Shown in pieces: positions 30,763-41,622 of a stretch of DNA of 64,000 nt. This DNA is from Spirochaetia bacterium (GTDB lineage Bacteria > Spirochaetota > Spirochaetia > SZUA-6 > Bin103): assembly GCA_965203905.1 (NCBI GenBank), contig CBDBDQ010000005.1, positions 608,001 through 672,000 of the forward strand, given 5' to 3'. The notes below the pieces were generated by a model, which ran no database searches, was not told where the DNA came from, and worked only from the letters and a program-made list of their open reading frames with translations. Made by a program: the position numbers and the translations under genes. Position 1 is the stretch's first letter, and every line of letters starts with the position of its first letter.

Positions 30763-31659
30763 ATGGCAGCAAAACCGAAACGGAGAGTCAGCCAGCGGCC
30801 GCCGAACCGGCTGCAGCGGCAGCCGCCCAGCCTGGTGGGACTGGACATGTCCCCGCGCGTCGGGCACCGGGAGTACGAGGCCAAGCTCAGCCGGCGGCAG
30901 CATGACCTGAAGGAGATCTCGCTCGCTTACCGGGCGCACCAGCGGCGGGCGGCGGTGGTGTTCGAGGGCTGGGACGCCGCCGGCAAGGGTGGCATCATCC
31001 GGCGGCTGGGGTGGCCGCTCGATCCGCGCGGCTTCAAGGTGTGGCCGATCGCCGCCCCCGGTCCCGAGGAACTGGGCCAGCCGTACCTGTACCGATTCTG
31101 GCGCCGCCTGCCCTACCCGGGGCAGCTCGTGGTGTTCGACCGCTCCTGGTACGGCCGGGTGCTGGTGGAACGGGTCGAGGGATTCGCCAGCGAAGCGGAG
31201 TGGCGCCGCGCCTACGCCGAGATCAACGACTTCGAGCGGCTGCTCGCCGACGACGGTATCCGCTTGGTGAAGATCTTCCTGCACATCACGCCGCAGGAGC
31301 AGCTCAAGCGCTTCCGCTCCCGCCTGAACGATCCTCTCAAGCGCTGGAAGCTGTCGCCGGAGGACCTGCGCAACCGGGCGCGCCGGCCCGACTACGAGGC
31401 TGCCATCGACGACATGTTCCGCAACACCTCGACGGTGGCGCACCCGTGGCGCCTGATAGCCGCCGACGACAAGAAGTATGCCCGTCTCGCGGCGCTCGGG
31501 CTGGTAGCGAAGCAGCTCGCCAAGGGGGTCGACCTGACCCCGGTCGACCTCGACCCCGATTTCGCCCGCCACGCGCGTGCCACCCTGGGTCTGCCCACCG
31601 GTGGCCTCGAAGAAGGCACAGCGCAGCGCGGGCGCGGAGAACGGCACGGCGCCACGTGA
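30763..31659 (+). CDS. ppk2: polyphosphate kinase 2 family protein
   Basis: FEGWDAAGKGG, FDRSWYGR; TATAAT at 30748. Confidence 0.92.
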   Translation: MAAKPKRRVSQRPPNRLQRQPPSLVGLDMSPRVGHREYEAKLSRRQHDLKEISLAYRAHQRRAAVVFEGWDAAGKGGIIRRLGWPLDPRGFKVWPIAAPGPEELGQPYLYRFWRRLPYPGQLVVFDRSWYGRVLVERVEGFASEAEWRRAYAEINDFERLLADDGIRLVKIFLHITPQEQLKRFRSRLNDPLKRWKLSPEDLRNRARRPDYEAAIDDMFRNTSTVAHPWRLIAADDKKYARLAALGLVAKQLAKGVDLTPVDLDPDFARHARATLGLPTGGLEEGTAQRGRGERHGAT

Positions 31660-32516
31660 GCGGCCTCCCGGAGCTGTACGTATCGGACGTGGATCATACG
31701 CTGCTGGACGGCGCCGGAGTGTTGTCGGACCACAGCCGAGTGACGCTGAACCGGCTCCTCGCGCAGGGCCTCCGGTTCACCGTGGCCAGTGCCCGGAGCT
31801 GTGCCTCGCTACGCTCCCTGCTGGCGGGCCTGGAGCTGTCGCTCCCGATCATCGATTTCAACGGCGCATTCGTGTCGGACCTGGCCACCGGGCGCCACCA
31901 CCTGGTGCACGCCCTGGCGCCGGCGGTGGCCGCCGACCTGTGGGCGCTGTTGCAGGCCGGCGGCCACGTCCCGTTCGTCTCGACCTTCGACGGCAACGCC
32001 GATCGCCTCTACTACGACCGGGCGCGCAACGCCGGCATGGCCTGGTACCTGGAAGACCGCCGGCGCCACCGCGATCCGCGGCTGTGTCGGCTGGCGAGTC
32101 TGCGCGCCGGGTTGCGCGATCAGGTGGTGTGTCTCACCGTCATCGGACGCCGATGTGGGCTGCTGGCGCTACAACGGACAATCGACCGACGTCACGAGAA
32201 CGTGGTCCGCAGCTACTGCTTCGAAAACCACTATTCACCCGGCTGGCACTGGCTGACCCTGCTGGACCGGCGCGCCACCAAGGAACAGGGTGTGGCCGCG
32301 CTGCGGCGACTGCGTCCCGAGCTGCAGGGCTGCCGGCTGGTGGCGTTCGGCGACGGTGCCAACGACATCGGCCTGCTGCAGGCGGCTGACGTCGGCCTGG
32401 CGGTGGCCAACGCGGAGCCCGAATTGAAGCGGCAGGCGACCGCGGTGATCGGCGCCAACGACGATGACGCCGTGGCCCGCTATCTCGGTGACCACTGGAT
32501 GCCATCGGGCGGATGA
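31656..32516 (+). CDS. Cof-type HAD-IIB hydrolase
   Basis: SDVDHTLL, ASAR, TK, FGDGAND. Confidence 0.92.
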   Translation: MSGLPELYVSDVDHTLLDGAGVLSDHSRVTLNRLLAQGLRFTVASARSCASLRSLLAGLELSLPIIDFNGAFVSDLATGRHHLVHALAPAVAADLWALLQAGGHVPFVSTFDGNADRLYYDRARNAGMAWYLEDRRRHRDPRLCRLASLRAGLRDQVVCLTVIGRRCGLLALQRTIDRRHENVVRSYCFENHYSPGWHWLTLLDRRATKEQGVAALRRLRPELQGCRLVAFGDGANDIGLLQAADVGLAVANAEPELKRQATAVIGANDDDAVARYLGDHWMPSGG

Positions 32517-32582
32517 GCCCGGGTAGCGCCGGGTTCGCCCGCTGGACAATGTGGCCACGACAACGGGTACATTGTAGCCACC

Positions 32583-32873
32583 ATGACCTCCGTCGGAATC
32601 CGCGAGCTGAAGAACCGGCTCAGTGAATATGTGCGCCGCGTCCGCCGCGGCGAAGAGTTCCTGGTGACCGACCGCGGCAGGGTGGTAGCCGAGCTGCGCC
32701 AGCCGACCGGCGTTCCCACGGGGGCGGAGTACTCCGGGTTGATCCGCCACGCGCGCGCCGGCAAGGTGCGGCTGGGCGCGCCCAACATCGCCGCCTCCTA
32801 TCCGCGAGTGCCGCGCTCGCTGAGTCAGGGAACCGCCCGGCGCCTGCTGGACGAAGAACGCGGAAACCGATGA
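32583..32873 (+). CDS. Phd/YefM antitoxin
   Basis: VGIRELKNRLSEYVRRVRRGE..VTDRG. Confidence 0.92.
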   Translation: MTSVGIRELKNRLSEYVRRVRRGEEFLVTDRGRVVAELRQPTGVPTGAEYSGLIRHARAGKVRLGAPNIAASYPRVPRSLSQGTARRLLDEERGNR

Positions 32874-33310
32874 CTCGCCCGCCCAACCTGTATGCAGAAT
32901 CGAGCGCCATCCTGGCCTGGCTGCTGGGCGAGGACGGCGGCGAGGAGGTGCGCCAGGCGCTGCAGACGGCACAGCTCGTGGTGACCTCCGATCTCACGCT
33001 CATCGAGTGCGACCGCGTGCTGCAGCGCGGCCAGGCGCGTGGGGTGCTGAGTCTTTCGCTAGTCGCTCAGACCCGCGCCGCGCTCAATTCGGTGACCGAG
33101 CATTGGGCGATTTTTGCGATCGACCATGACGTGGTGGACCGGGCGCGACGCCCGTTCCCCCAGGAACCGATCCGGACCGCGGAGTCGATGCATCTGGCCA
33201 CTGCCCTGGAGGCGCGCAACCTGGTCACCGAAGTGGCGATGCTGTCGCTCGACCAGAACATCCGCAACAACGCGCAAGCCCTGGGGATGGACCCGATCCC
33301 GAATCGTTGA
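32870..33310 (+). CDS. vapC: VapC-like PIN toxin
   Basis: YAESSA, E, IRT.ESMHLATA, SLD; ATGA overlap with antitoxin. Confidence 0.85.
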   Translation: MTRPPNLYAESSAILAWLLGEDGGEEVRQALQTAQLVVTSDLTLIECDRVLQRGQARGVLSLSLVAQTRAALNSVTEHWAIFAIDHDVVDRARRPFPQEPIRTAESMHLATALEARNLVTEVAMLSLDQNIRNNAQALGMDPIPNR

Positions 33311-33335
33311 CTCATTTCCGAAGCCGGCCTACACT
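33307..33335 (+). promoter_or_regulatory. sigma70 promoter of rib operon
   Basis: TTGACT-17-TACACT. Confidence 0.7.
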
Positions 33336-33343
33336 TCCCGAGA

Positions 33344-33492
33344 GAACTTCGGGGCATGGTGTAATTCCAGACCGGTGGTGATGGGCATCCCGAGGGATGC
33401 GCGCAGCCCACTACTCCCGTTCACCTGCGGTGGACGGGACTGAACCGGTGCAACTCCGGTGCCGACGGTAACAGTCCGGATGGGAGAAGTTC
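33344..33492 (+). ncRNA. FMN riboswitch (RFN element)
   Basis: CTTCGGGGCATGGTGTAATTCC..ACCGGTGGT...AGCCCAC...CCGGTGCAACTCCGGTGCCGACGGT..AGTCCGGATGGGAGAAG upstream of ribD. Confidence 0.96.
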
Positions 33493-33642
33493 GCACGACC
33501 TTCTGAACGCGCGCAGGCGCGGTGCGCCCGTACCGCCACCAGGTGGCGACGAGCGTGCTGTGCATCCTGCGCCCAACCCGCCCACGCGGTGGCAGTACGC
33601 CCGGTGCGTACCGCCGGCGCCGAAGTTCTCGGAGCGTGATTC

Positions 33643-34833
33643 GTGACGGGAACTGCCCATCGCCACCACATGCAGCGCGCGCTGCACCTGGCCGCACGCG
33701 GTCGCGGCCGCACCTCGCCCAATCCACTCACCGGATGCGTGGTCGTGAAGGCCGGGCGGGTGATCGGCGAGGGCTTCCACGAGTGCCATGGCGCCCGCCA
33801 CGCCGAGGCCGCCGCCCTCGACGCGTGCCGCGAGAGCCCGCGCGGAGCTCACCTCTACTGCAACCTGGAGCCGTGTGCCGCAACCTACCCGGGCAAGCTC
33901 ACCCCGCCCTGCGCCGGCCGCATCATCGGCGCCGGGATCGCGCAGGTGACCGTGGCCACGCTCGACCCCAATCCGCACGTCAGCGGCGCGGGCGTCCGCC
34001 TGCTGCGCGAGGCCGGCATCGCGGTGACCGTCGGCGTGGAGGCCGAGGACGCGCTGCGGCTCAACGTGCCGTTCTTCACCGCCGTGCACTACCGGCGTCC
34101 GTTCGTCCATCTGAAGGTGGCGCAGTCCCTGGACGGCCGCATCGCCACCCGTAACGGAAACTCCCGCTGGATCACCGATACGGACGCCCGCCGCGTGGTG
34201 CATCGGATGCGGGCCGAGCACGACGCGATTCTGGTGGGACGCGGCACCGCGCTGCGCGACGACCCGCAACTCACCGTACGCGGCGTCGAGCCCGCGGCGC
34301 TCCCCGCGGGAGTGCCATGGCGCGTGGTGCTGGACAGCCGGCTCGCCCTTCCCGCAACGGCGCGTCTGGCCAGCGACGAGCACGCCCCGCGAACCATGGT
34401 GTTGACCACCGCCGCGGCGGATCGGGCGCGGCGGCAGGTCCTGGAGGGTCACGGCGTCCAGGTGCACACCGTGACCGCCGACGCTTCCGGGCGTCCCGAC
34501 GTGGATGCGGTGCTGCGGACCCTCCACGGCTGCGGCATCCGCTCGCTGCTCGTGGAAGGGGGAGCGGCGGTCTACACCTCCTTCCTGCGCAGCGGGCGTT
34601 TCGACCAGGTCACCGCGTTCGTGGCGCCGCTGCTGATCGGGGAAGGGATCGATGCGGTCGGCGCCCTGGGCAGCGAGCGGATTGCCGACGCGGTGCGCCT
34701 GCAGGGCGTCACCACCACCACCGTCAACGACCAGGTGGTGGTCTCGGGTTACCGCGACCTGGATGCTCTGCGCCGGATGGTGCTGCCCGCCCGTGAACGG
34801 CAACCGGCGGCCGGCGCCGCGCGGGCCGGCTGA
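33643..34833 (+). CDS. ribD: bifunctional deaminase/reductase RibD
   Basis: SPNP, HAE, LEPC, SLDGRIA, LLVEGG. Confidence 0.96.
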   Translation: MTGTAHRHHMQRALHLAARGRGRTSPNPLTGCVVVKAGRVIGEGFHECHGARHAEAAALDACRESPRGAHLYCNLEPCAATYPGKLTPPCAGRIIGAGIAQVTVATLDPNPHVSGAGVRLLREAGIAVTVGVEAEDALRLNVPFFTAVHYRRPFVHLKVAQSLDGRIATRNGNSRWITDTDARRVVHRMRAEHDAILVGRGTALRDDPQLTVRGVEPAALPAGVPWRVVLDSRLALPATARLASDEHAPRTMVLTTAAADRARRQVLEGHGVQVHTVTADASGRPDVDAVLRTLHGCGIRSLLVEGGAAVYTSFLRSGRFDQVTAFVAPLLIGEGIDAVGALGSERIADAVRLQGVTTTTVNDQVVVSGYRDLDALRRMVLPARERQPAAGAARAG

Positions 34834-34844
34834 GGCGCCGGACG

Positions 34845-36122
34845 ATGTTCTCCGGAATCGTCGAAGAGGTCGGTACCATCCGCGCACGCGCCGACTCCGG
34901 CGGCGGCGTGCGGCTGACCGTTGGCTGCTCAACGGTCCTGGAGGACCTGGCCCCGGGCGCGTCGGTCGCCGTGGACGGAGTCTGCCAGACCGTGGTGAGC
35001 TGCCGCGTGGATGGTTTCGTCGTGGAGGCCGGAGGCGCAACCCTGCGCAAGACCACGCTTGGTGCGGCGCAGGTGGGCGAACGGGTCAATCTGGAGCGCG
35101 CACTGGCCGTGGGCAGCCGCCTCAACGGCCACTTCGTGCAGGGCCACGTGAACGCCACCGGCACCGTGCGCGCCTGGTCGCCCGACTCCACCGCTGCGCC
35201 GGAGGAATCCGGCTCCGCGGAGACTGACGACCACGACGCCGGCGGTGCGTGGCGCTTCGAGATCGACATACCCGAGCACCTGCTGCGTTACGTGGCCCTG
35301 GAAGGATCGCTGGCGGTCAACGGCGTCAGCCTCACGGTCGCCGAGCTGGAAGGCACTCGCGTCACGTTCTCCATCATTCCCTTTACCGCAACCCACACCG
35401 CGCTGCGCGACCGCAAACCGGGCGCTGCGTTGAACCTGGAGGTGGACATGATCGCCAAGTACATCGAATCCCTGCAGACCCACGCCCCACCGGTACCGGG
35501 CTCGGAGGATCCCGTTCCCAGTGGCATCGAGGCCGCCACCGCGGCGCTGGCCGCCGGCGGCATGATCATCCTCACCGACCACGCGGCGCGCGAGAACGAG
35601 GGCGACCTGGTGCTGGCCGCCGAGCACACCACCCCGGCCGGGGTCAACTTCATGGTCACCCACGGCCGCGGCATGGTGTGCGTGCCCCTGACCGCCGAGC
35701 GCGCGGCCGCACTCGACCTGCCGCCGATGGCGCCGGACAACAGCGCGCTGCACGGCACCGCGTTCACGGTCTCGGTCGACTACCGGCATGGCACCACCAC
35801 CGGCATCTCGGCGGCGGACCGTTCCGCCACCATCGTCGCCCTCGCCGACCCCGCCGCAACGGCACAGGAGTTCGCCCGCCCCGGACACATCTTTCCGATC
35901 GTCGGCGACCGCGGCGGAGTGCACGCGCGGCCGGGGCACACCGAGGCGGCGATCGAGCTGATGCGGCTGGCGGGCTGCCGCCCGGTGGCGGCGATCTGCG
36001 AGATCATGGCTGCCGACGGCAGCATGGCCGGGGACGCCGAGCTGCTGGAGCTGGCGCGGACCCACCGCCTGCCGGTGGTCAGCGTGGACGAGGTCGCGGA
36101 GGTGGCGGCGTCATGCAACTGA
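34845..36122 (+). CDS. riboflavin synthase fused to DHBP synthase (RibE-RibB)
   Basis: [10 protein letters not shown]...NLEVD then RENEGD, FTVSVD, GISAADR, RPGH, GHTE, CEI. Confidence 0.9.
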   Translation: MFSGIVEEVGTIRARADSGGGVRLTVGCSTVLEDLAPGASVAVDGVCQTVVSCRVDGFVVEAGGATLRKTTLGAAQVGERVNLERALAVGSRLNGHFVQGHVNATGTVRAWSPDSTAAPEESGSAETDDHDAGGAWRFEIDIPEHLLRYVALEGSLAVNGVSLTVAELEGTRVTFSIIPFTATHTALRDRKPGAALNLEVDMIAKYIESLQTHAPPVPGSEDPVPSGIEAATAALAAGGMIILTDHAARENEGDLVLAAEHTTPAGVNFMVTHGRGMVCVPLTAERAAALDLPPMAPDNSALHGTAFTVSVDYRHGTTTGISAADRSATIVALADPAATAQEFARPGHIFPIVGDRGGVHARPGHTEAAIELMRLAGCRPVAAICEIMAADGSMAGDAELLELARTHRLPVVSVDEVAEVAASCN

Positions 36123-36604
36123 TCGAGGGCACCTACGAAGGCGCCGGGCGCCGCTTCGTGCTGGTGGCCAGCCGCTTCAACGAGCTGATCACCACCCGCC
36201 TGGTGGAAGGGGCCGGCGACTGCCTGCGGCGTCACGGCGTGGACCCGGATCACATCACGCTCGTGTGGGTACCGGGCGCGTTCGAGATTCCGCTCGCCGC
36301 ACGGCGCGTCGCCCGGCGGCTGCGCTGCGACGCGGTGATATGCCTGGGCGCCGTCATCGAGGGTGCCACCGACCATCACGAGTACGTGGCCGGCAACGCC
36401 GCCGCCGGAATTGCGCGCGAGACCGCGGCCGCCGACGTGCCGATGACCTTCGGCATCATCACCGCCTCCAGCATCGAGCAGGCGATCGAACGCGCCGGCA
36501 CCAAGCAGGGCAACCTCGGCTGGAGCGCCGCCCTGTCGGCGCTGGAGACGAGCAACGTGCTGCGCCGCATCGACGAGGTTGCGGAGCAGCGGGAGGACGC
36601 ATGA
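36113..36604 (+). CDS. ribH: lumazine synthase
   Basis: [23 protein letters not shown]. Confidence 0.96.
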   Translation: MQLIEGTYEGAGRRFVLVASRFNELITTRLVEGAGDCLRRHGVDPDHITLVWVPGAFEIPLAARRVARRLRCDAVICLGAVIEGATDHHEYVAGNAAAGIARETAAADVPMTFGIITASSIEQAIERAGTKQGNLGWSAALSALETSNVLRRIDEVAEQREDA

Positions 36605-37485
36605 CCATCACCAGCACTCCGTTCGGCAGCACCGGCCACCACAGTACGCGCTGCATCTTCGGCGGAACCGCCCTGTCCCGGGCCTCGCAGGAAGGGGCCG
36701 ACCGTACCCTGGAGCTGCTGCTGCAGTACGGCATCAACCACATCGACACCGCCGCCGGCTACGGCGATTCCGAGCTGCGCATCGGTCCCTGGATGCGGCG
36801 CCACCGCGACCGCTTCTTCCTGGCTACCAAGACCGGTGAGCGCAGCGCCGCCGGCGCCCGCGAACAGTTGGAACGCTCTCTGCAACGCCTGCAGGTGGAG
36901 CGGGTCGACCTGATTCAGCTCCACAGCCTCACCGAGCCGGAGGACTGGCACCAGGCACTGGGTGGCGGTGGCGCCCTGGAGGCGTTGATCCGGGCGCGCG
37001 AGGAGGGCCTGGCACGCTACATCGGCGTGACCGGCCATGGCGTCACGGTGGCGCGGATGCACCTGAATGCGCTGCAGCGCCATCCCTTCGACGCGGTGCT
37101 GCTGCCGCTCAACTACCCGATGTTCCAGATCCCCGAGTACGCCGCCGACTTCCGCGAGCTGCGCGAGCTGTGCCGGCAGCGGGGGGTGGCAGTGCAGACC
37201 ATCAAGGCGATCGCGCGGCGGCGCTGGACCGGCAGCGAGCGTCCCCATCGCACCTGGTACGAGCCGCTCGCCGGCCAGCAGGACATCGACGCCGCGGTGC
37301 ACTGGGTCCTGGAACACGAGGGCGTATTCCTGAACACCGCCGGCGACATGACCCTGCTGCCGCGCATCCTCGATGCGGCCGCCCGCTTCAGCCCCGCCGG
37401 CGACAGCCATGCCGCGGCGGCCGGCGCCGCGGTCGAGCGCCGCCAGATGCAGCCGCTGTTCACCGCCGCCCAGAACATGATCTGA
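36601..37485 (+). CDS. aldo/keto reductase
   Basis: [31 protein letters not shown]. Confidence 0.93.
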   Translation: MTITSTPFGSTGHHSTRCIFGGTALSRASQEGADRTLELLLQYGINHIDTAAGYGDSELRIGPWMRRHRDRFFLATKTGERSAAGAREQLERSLQRLQVERVDLIQLHSLTEPEDWHQALGGGGALEALIRAREEGLARYIGVTGHGVTVARMHLNALQRHPFDAVLLPLNYPMFQIPEYAADFRELRELCRQRGVAVQTIKAIARRRWTGSERPHRTWYEPLAGQQDIDAAVHWVLEHEGVFLNTAGDMTLLPRILDAAARFSPAGDSHAAAAGAAVERRQMQPLFTAAQNMI

Positions 37486-37579
37486 CACCTGCCGCTCACT
37501 TCGGAGCGCCGTCATCAGATCAACCGAATGGTGGTCAACTACCTGGTTGACAACTTTTTGGTTTCCCTGTAGGTTGGGG

Positions 37580-38470
37580 TTGGAGGCGAGTTGCCTTGAA
37601 ATCATCGACCGAGACCACGGGGAACGGCTGCTCCGGAGCTGTGCCGAACATGACCAGCGCGTTCTTTTGGTGATCGACGAACTGCCGATCTATCTCAAGC
37701 GGATGCTTCGCGCCGAGGATGGCGTTACCCGTGTCGAGACGTTTCTGAGCTGGCTGCGCGGGGTGTTGCAAGGTATTGATAGTGGCTCGCCGGTCCTCAT
37801 CGTGTCCGGCAGCATCGGACTCATGCCCCTCGTGCAGCAGCTCGGCATACCCGATCGTATCAACTACCTTGATCCGTTCCGTCTGGGTCCCTGGAGCCGA
37901 GAAGCCAGCATCGAGTGCTTCGACCGGCTCGCGAAGAGCACCTCGCTGGCTGTCGACGACGCTGTCGCTGGAGCCGTATACGATGCGCTCGGGATCGGAA
38001 TCCCTCATCACGTACAGTCGTTCTTCGCACGGCTGCGAGACTTCGCCGTCATGGAGAACCGCGACCGGGTGACCGTGGCCGACGTCGAGAGGGTGTACCA
38101 CACCGGTCTGCTCGGCCCTTCCGGCCAGAACGACCTCGCGCACTACGAAACGCGGCTCCGCGACGGACTCGACGACGAAAGCCGCTCCATCGCCATGGAG
38201 ATCCTGGCGGAGGCCGCCACGCAAGGATCGCTCACGGCCCCCGCGCGCACCCGTCTCGGCGAGCTCTACTCCCGCGTGATGGCCGACGCACACGGCCGCG
38301 TCACCGAGGTCCTCGACGTACTGGTCCATGACGGCTATCTGGAGGCGTCTGGCCGAGACCACGGGTTCCCGTCGCGCCTGCTGAGAGATTGGTGGGCGGC
38401 TCGTTTCCGCGATCACCACGTTCCGGTCGCTGACCGCTCGTCCGCCACCGCGGAGGGGACGGCTCGATGA
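37580..38470 (+). pseudogene. 5'-truncated P-loop ATPase
   Basis: LLVIDELP Walker B and SGSIGL present, no Walker A; C-terminal LRDWW. Confidence 0.7.
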
Positions 38471-41433
38471 GCGAAGTGCAAGGGCGGATCATTCGCAAGC
38501 GCAACCCCGGGATGCTCCAGCCGGACGAGGAGCTTATTGAACAATTCACCGTCAGAAAGCACGAACTCGCCACTGTGCTCGATATTCTTCGTGGCAACCT
38601 CAATGCCGACTCCTGCCAGCACACGCTGATCGTCGCTCCCAGAGGCAGGGGGAAGACCATGCTCCTGGCACGCGTCGCGGCCGAACTGCGCACCGACGCG
38701 CAGCTTGCTTCGGGCCTCCTGCCGGTCCGCTTCATGGAGGAGAGCGACGAGGTGTTCAACACCGCGGACTTCTGGCTGGAGGTCCTGTTCTATCTGGCGC
38801 TGGCTGTCGACAGGCAGAACCCCGAGTTCGCACGGAGCCTGCGGGACACCCGGGCCGACCTCACCTCTAGGTGGCGCGAGCGGGAACTCGACGAACGTGC
38901 CCGCACCGCGGTACTGGAGGCGGCGGACACGCTCGGCAAGCGCCTCGTCCTCATGGTCGAGAACCTGCAAGCGCTATGCGCCAACGCAGAAGGCGACTTC
39001 GGTTGGAAGCTGCGCAAGACGCTGCAGACGGAGCCACAGATCATTCTGGTCGCCACCGCGACCAGCCGTTTCGAGGGACTAGAAGACGCGCGGGAACCGT
39101 TCTTCGAGCTGTTCCGCGTCATTTGTCTCGGACCGTTGAGTGCAGTGCAGTGCGGACGGCTGTGGAAGGTCGTCAGTGGTGATGCGGCGGGCGAACGCCA
39201 GCAACGGGCGCTTGAGATCCTCACGGGAGGCTCCCCCCGATTCGTGGTCATCGTAGCCGGATTCGCGCACCACCGCTCCGTGCGCCGGTTGATGGAGGAG
39301 CTGGTGCTACTGATCGACGATCTCACCGACACCTTTCGCGGCTACCAAGAGGCCCTCCCCAGGACCGAACGCCGCGTCTTTCTGGCCATCGCCGACCTGT
39401 GGCAGCCGTCGACCACGGGCGAGATCGCGGCGCGCGCGCGAATGGACGTACGTACCGTCTCCACGATGATCGGTCGGCTGGTCAACCGTGGCGCGGTGAT
39501 CCGGGATGGAACAGGCAACAAGCGGCTGTACAGAGCTACGGAACGCCTATACTGCATCTACTACCAATTGCGCCGACAACGTGACGACGCGGTTGTCGTA
39601 CAGAGTCTCCTGCGCTTCATGACAGTACTCTACCGGGGCCCCGAGCTTGCCAAGCTGTTCGGCACGCTGAAGCTGCAGGCTCTGGAATCTCCGGTCATTC
39701 TGGCAGGAATCGAAGGTGCCCTGTCCCACGTACCGGAACTTGGCGCGCTTTCCGCCGATATTGCGCGGAGTGCCCACGAGCTGATCGATAGTGCGGTCGA
39801 AAAACTTGAACGCGCGGAGTATGAGGCGGCGATCGTCAATTGCGACGAAGTGATTTCCCGATTTGGTGCGAGCGAAGCACCCGAGCTGCAAGCGACCGTG
39901 ATGCAAGCGTATACCCGCAAGGGAGTGGCGCAAGGACGCAACGGAGACTCCGGCGCGGCAATCAAGACCAACCGCACGGCTCTAGCGCGTTTCGGTGACA
40001 GCGACGCTCCGGAGTTGCAGCATTACATTGCCACCGCGTTCTTCAATATCGGAGTTGAACAGATTCGACTCGAACAACGCGAAGACGCAGTCAAGACTTG
40101 CGACGAAGTCGTACGGAGATTCCGAAGTAGCCGAAAGAGAGAAGTACAAGTATTGGCAGCAAAGTGTCTGATCAACAAGGGCTCTCTACTTGGGCAACTT
40201 GGTGACCGAAACGCTGAGATGGAGGCTTACCTCCAGCTCGTAAAGCACCATGGAGCGACCGACGTTCCCGAGTTACAGGTCGAAGTCGCTTCCGCTATGT
40301 TCAACGCAGGAGGGGCGCTGGCTCGACTGGGTAACCATCACGGAGCGATCCAAGTGTGTGATCAAATGGTGAAACGCTATGGCACGAGTGACGTAGCGGA
40401 ACTGCAGAGTCGAGTTGCTCGGACCTTGATCAACAAGGGGGTCACGCAAGCCGAGCTTGGCTGGGTTTCGGCGGCGGCTGCAACCTTCGAAGACGTCAAA
40501 CAGCGTTATGAAAGAAGTGACGTGGTTGAGCTACAGGCGTGGGTTGCGCAATCATTGTCGTACAAGGCCGCGATGCAGGCTCGACTCGGCAGTCACGAGG
40601 CTGCAATAAGAACATCGGAAGAGGTGATCGAGCGGTTTGGGGCTTCCAAGGAGGCGGCCGTTCAAGCGCAGGTCGCAGGTGCTCTACTACAGAAAGGTGC
40701 ATCGTTAGGAGAGCTTCGCCGCCATCCTGAGGCGATCACCGCCGCCGAGAGTGTGATGGCGCAGTACGCCCACGACGCGGATCCGAAGCTACACGAGGTG
40801 GTGGCTCGGGCCATGAACAACAAGGGGGCCTCTCTGGCGTTGATGGGCGACGTGAGTGCGACGATTGCGACCAGCGATGCCCTCGTCGATCGTTTCGGAT
40901 CTAGCCAAGTGCCGGAGATGCAGGCGGAAGTCGCCACCGCCCTGTTCCGAAAGGGCATGACTCAGATCAGGATCGGTCGCGCGGACGAAGCGTTGCTGGC
41001 AGCAAACGAACTCGATCACCGGCGCAAGGTTGTGGGTCATGACATCGGTGTCTCTTTCGACTGGAAAGCACGGTACATCCGGATGTCCGCGGAATTGTCG
41101 CAAGGAAGTCTCAGGGCAGCCGTTGACGCGTTTTGCTCCTTGTACGCCGCGTTTGCTCCTGAGAACGAGACGATGATACCGGAGTTGGTGGAAGCGGTAG
41201 CCATGGCGGTCACCGCCGGCGTGCCGGAGCGCGAGCTCGTCGAGGTACTGCGAAGCGAACCGCAGCAGGTCGCACGTGTCGCACCGCTATCCATAGCCCT
41301 GCGTCAGCGCGACGGAGAGACGGTGCGCGCTCCCGCCGAGATGCTGGAGGTTGCGGCTGACGTTCGCAAGCGAATCGACGAAATAGGACTCTCCCCGCTA
41401 TCCGCGATCCCAGAGCCCGTGGTGCGAACGTGA
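38467..41433 (+). CDS. STAND-like ATPase + winged helix + TPR-like repeats
   Basis: APRGRGKT, LMVENL, GGSPR, HTH, nine ~46-aa repeats. Confidence 0.88.
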   Translation: MSEVQGRIIRKRNPGMLQPDEELIEQFTVRKHELATVLDILRGNLNADSCQHTLIVAPRGRGKTMLLARVAAELRTDAQLASGLLPVRFMEESDEVFNTADFWLEVLFYLALAVDRQNPEFARSLRDTRADLTSRWRERELDERARTAVLEAADTLGKRLVLMVENLQALCANAEGDFGWKLRKTLQTEPQIILVATATSRFEGLEDAREPFFELFRVICLGPLSAVQCGRLWKVVSGDAAGERQQRALEILTGGSPRFVVIVAGFAHHRSVRRLMEELVLLIDDLTDTFRGYQEALPRTERRVFLAIADLWQPSTTGEIAARARMDVRTVSTMIGRLVNRGAVIRDGTGNKRLYRATERLYCIYYQLRRQRDDAVVVQSLLRFMTVLYRGPELAKLFGTLKLQALESPVILAGIEGALSHVPELGALSADIARSAHELIDSAVEKLERAEYEAAIVNCDEVISRFGASEAPELQATVMQAYTRKGVAQGRNGDSGAAIKTNRTALARFGDSDAPELQHYIATAFFNIGVEQIRLEQREDAVKTCDEVVRRFRSSRKREVQVLAAKCLINKGSLLGQLGDRNAEMEAYLQLVKHHGATDVPELQVEVASAMFNAGGALARLGNHHGAIQVCDQMVKRYGTSDVAELQSRVARTLINKGVTQAELGWVSAAAATFEDVKQRYERSDVVELQAWVAQSLSYKAAMQARLGSHEAAIRTSEEVIERFGASKEAAVQAQVAGALLQKGASLGELRRHPEAITAAESVMAQYAHDADPKLHEVVARAMNNKGASLALMGDVSATIATSDALVDRFGSSQVPEMQAEVATALFRKGMTQIRIGRADEALLAANELDHRRKVVGHDIGVSFDWKARYIRMSAELSQGSLRAAVDAFCSLYAAFAPENETMIPELVEAVAMAVTAGVPERELVEVLRSEPQQVARVAPLSIALRQRDGETVRAPAEMLEVAADVRKRIDEIGLSPLSAIPEPVVRT

Positions 41434-41622
41434 CCGTCGGTGCCGGGCTCGGGAGGCTGGTGATTCATAGTCGGAGAGTCCGCCCGTGGGTCCTTGCTTT
41501 CCACGCGCGCGACTTGCACCGCCAGCTCATAGTTGTAGAGCAGGAGACGAGACGAACGAGACAGACACTCAGTGGCTTGACACGCGGCGGATGACGCACG
41601 ATCCTACCTGCCGGAGCGCTCC

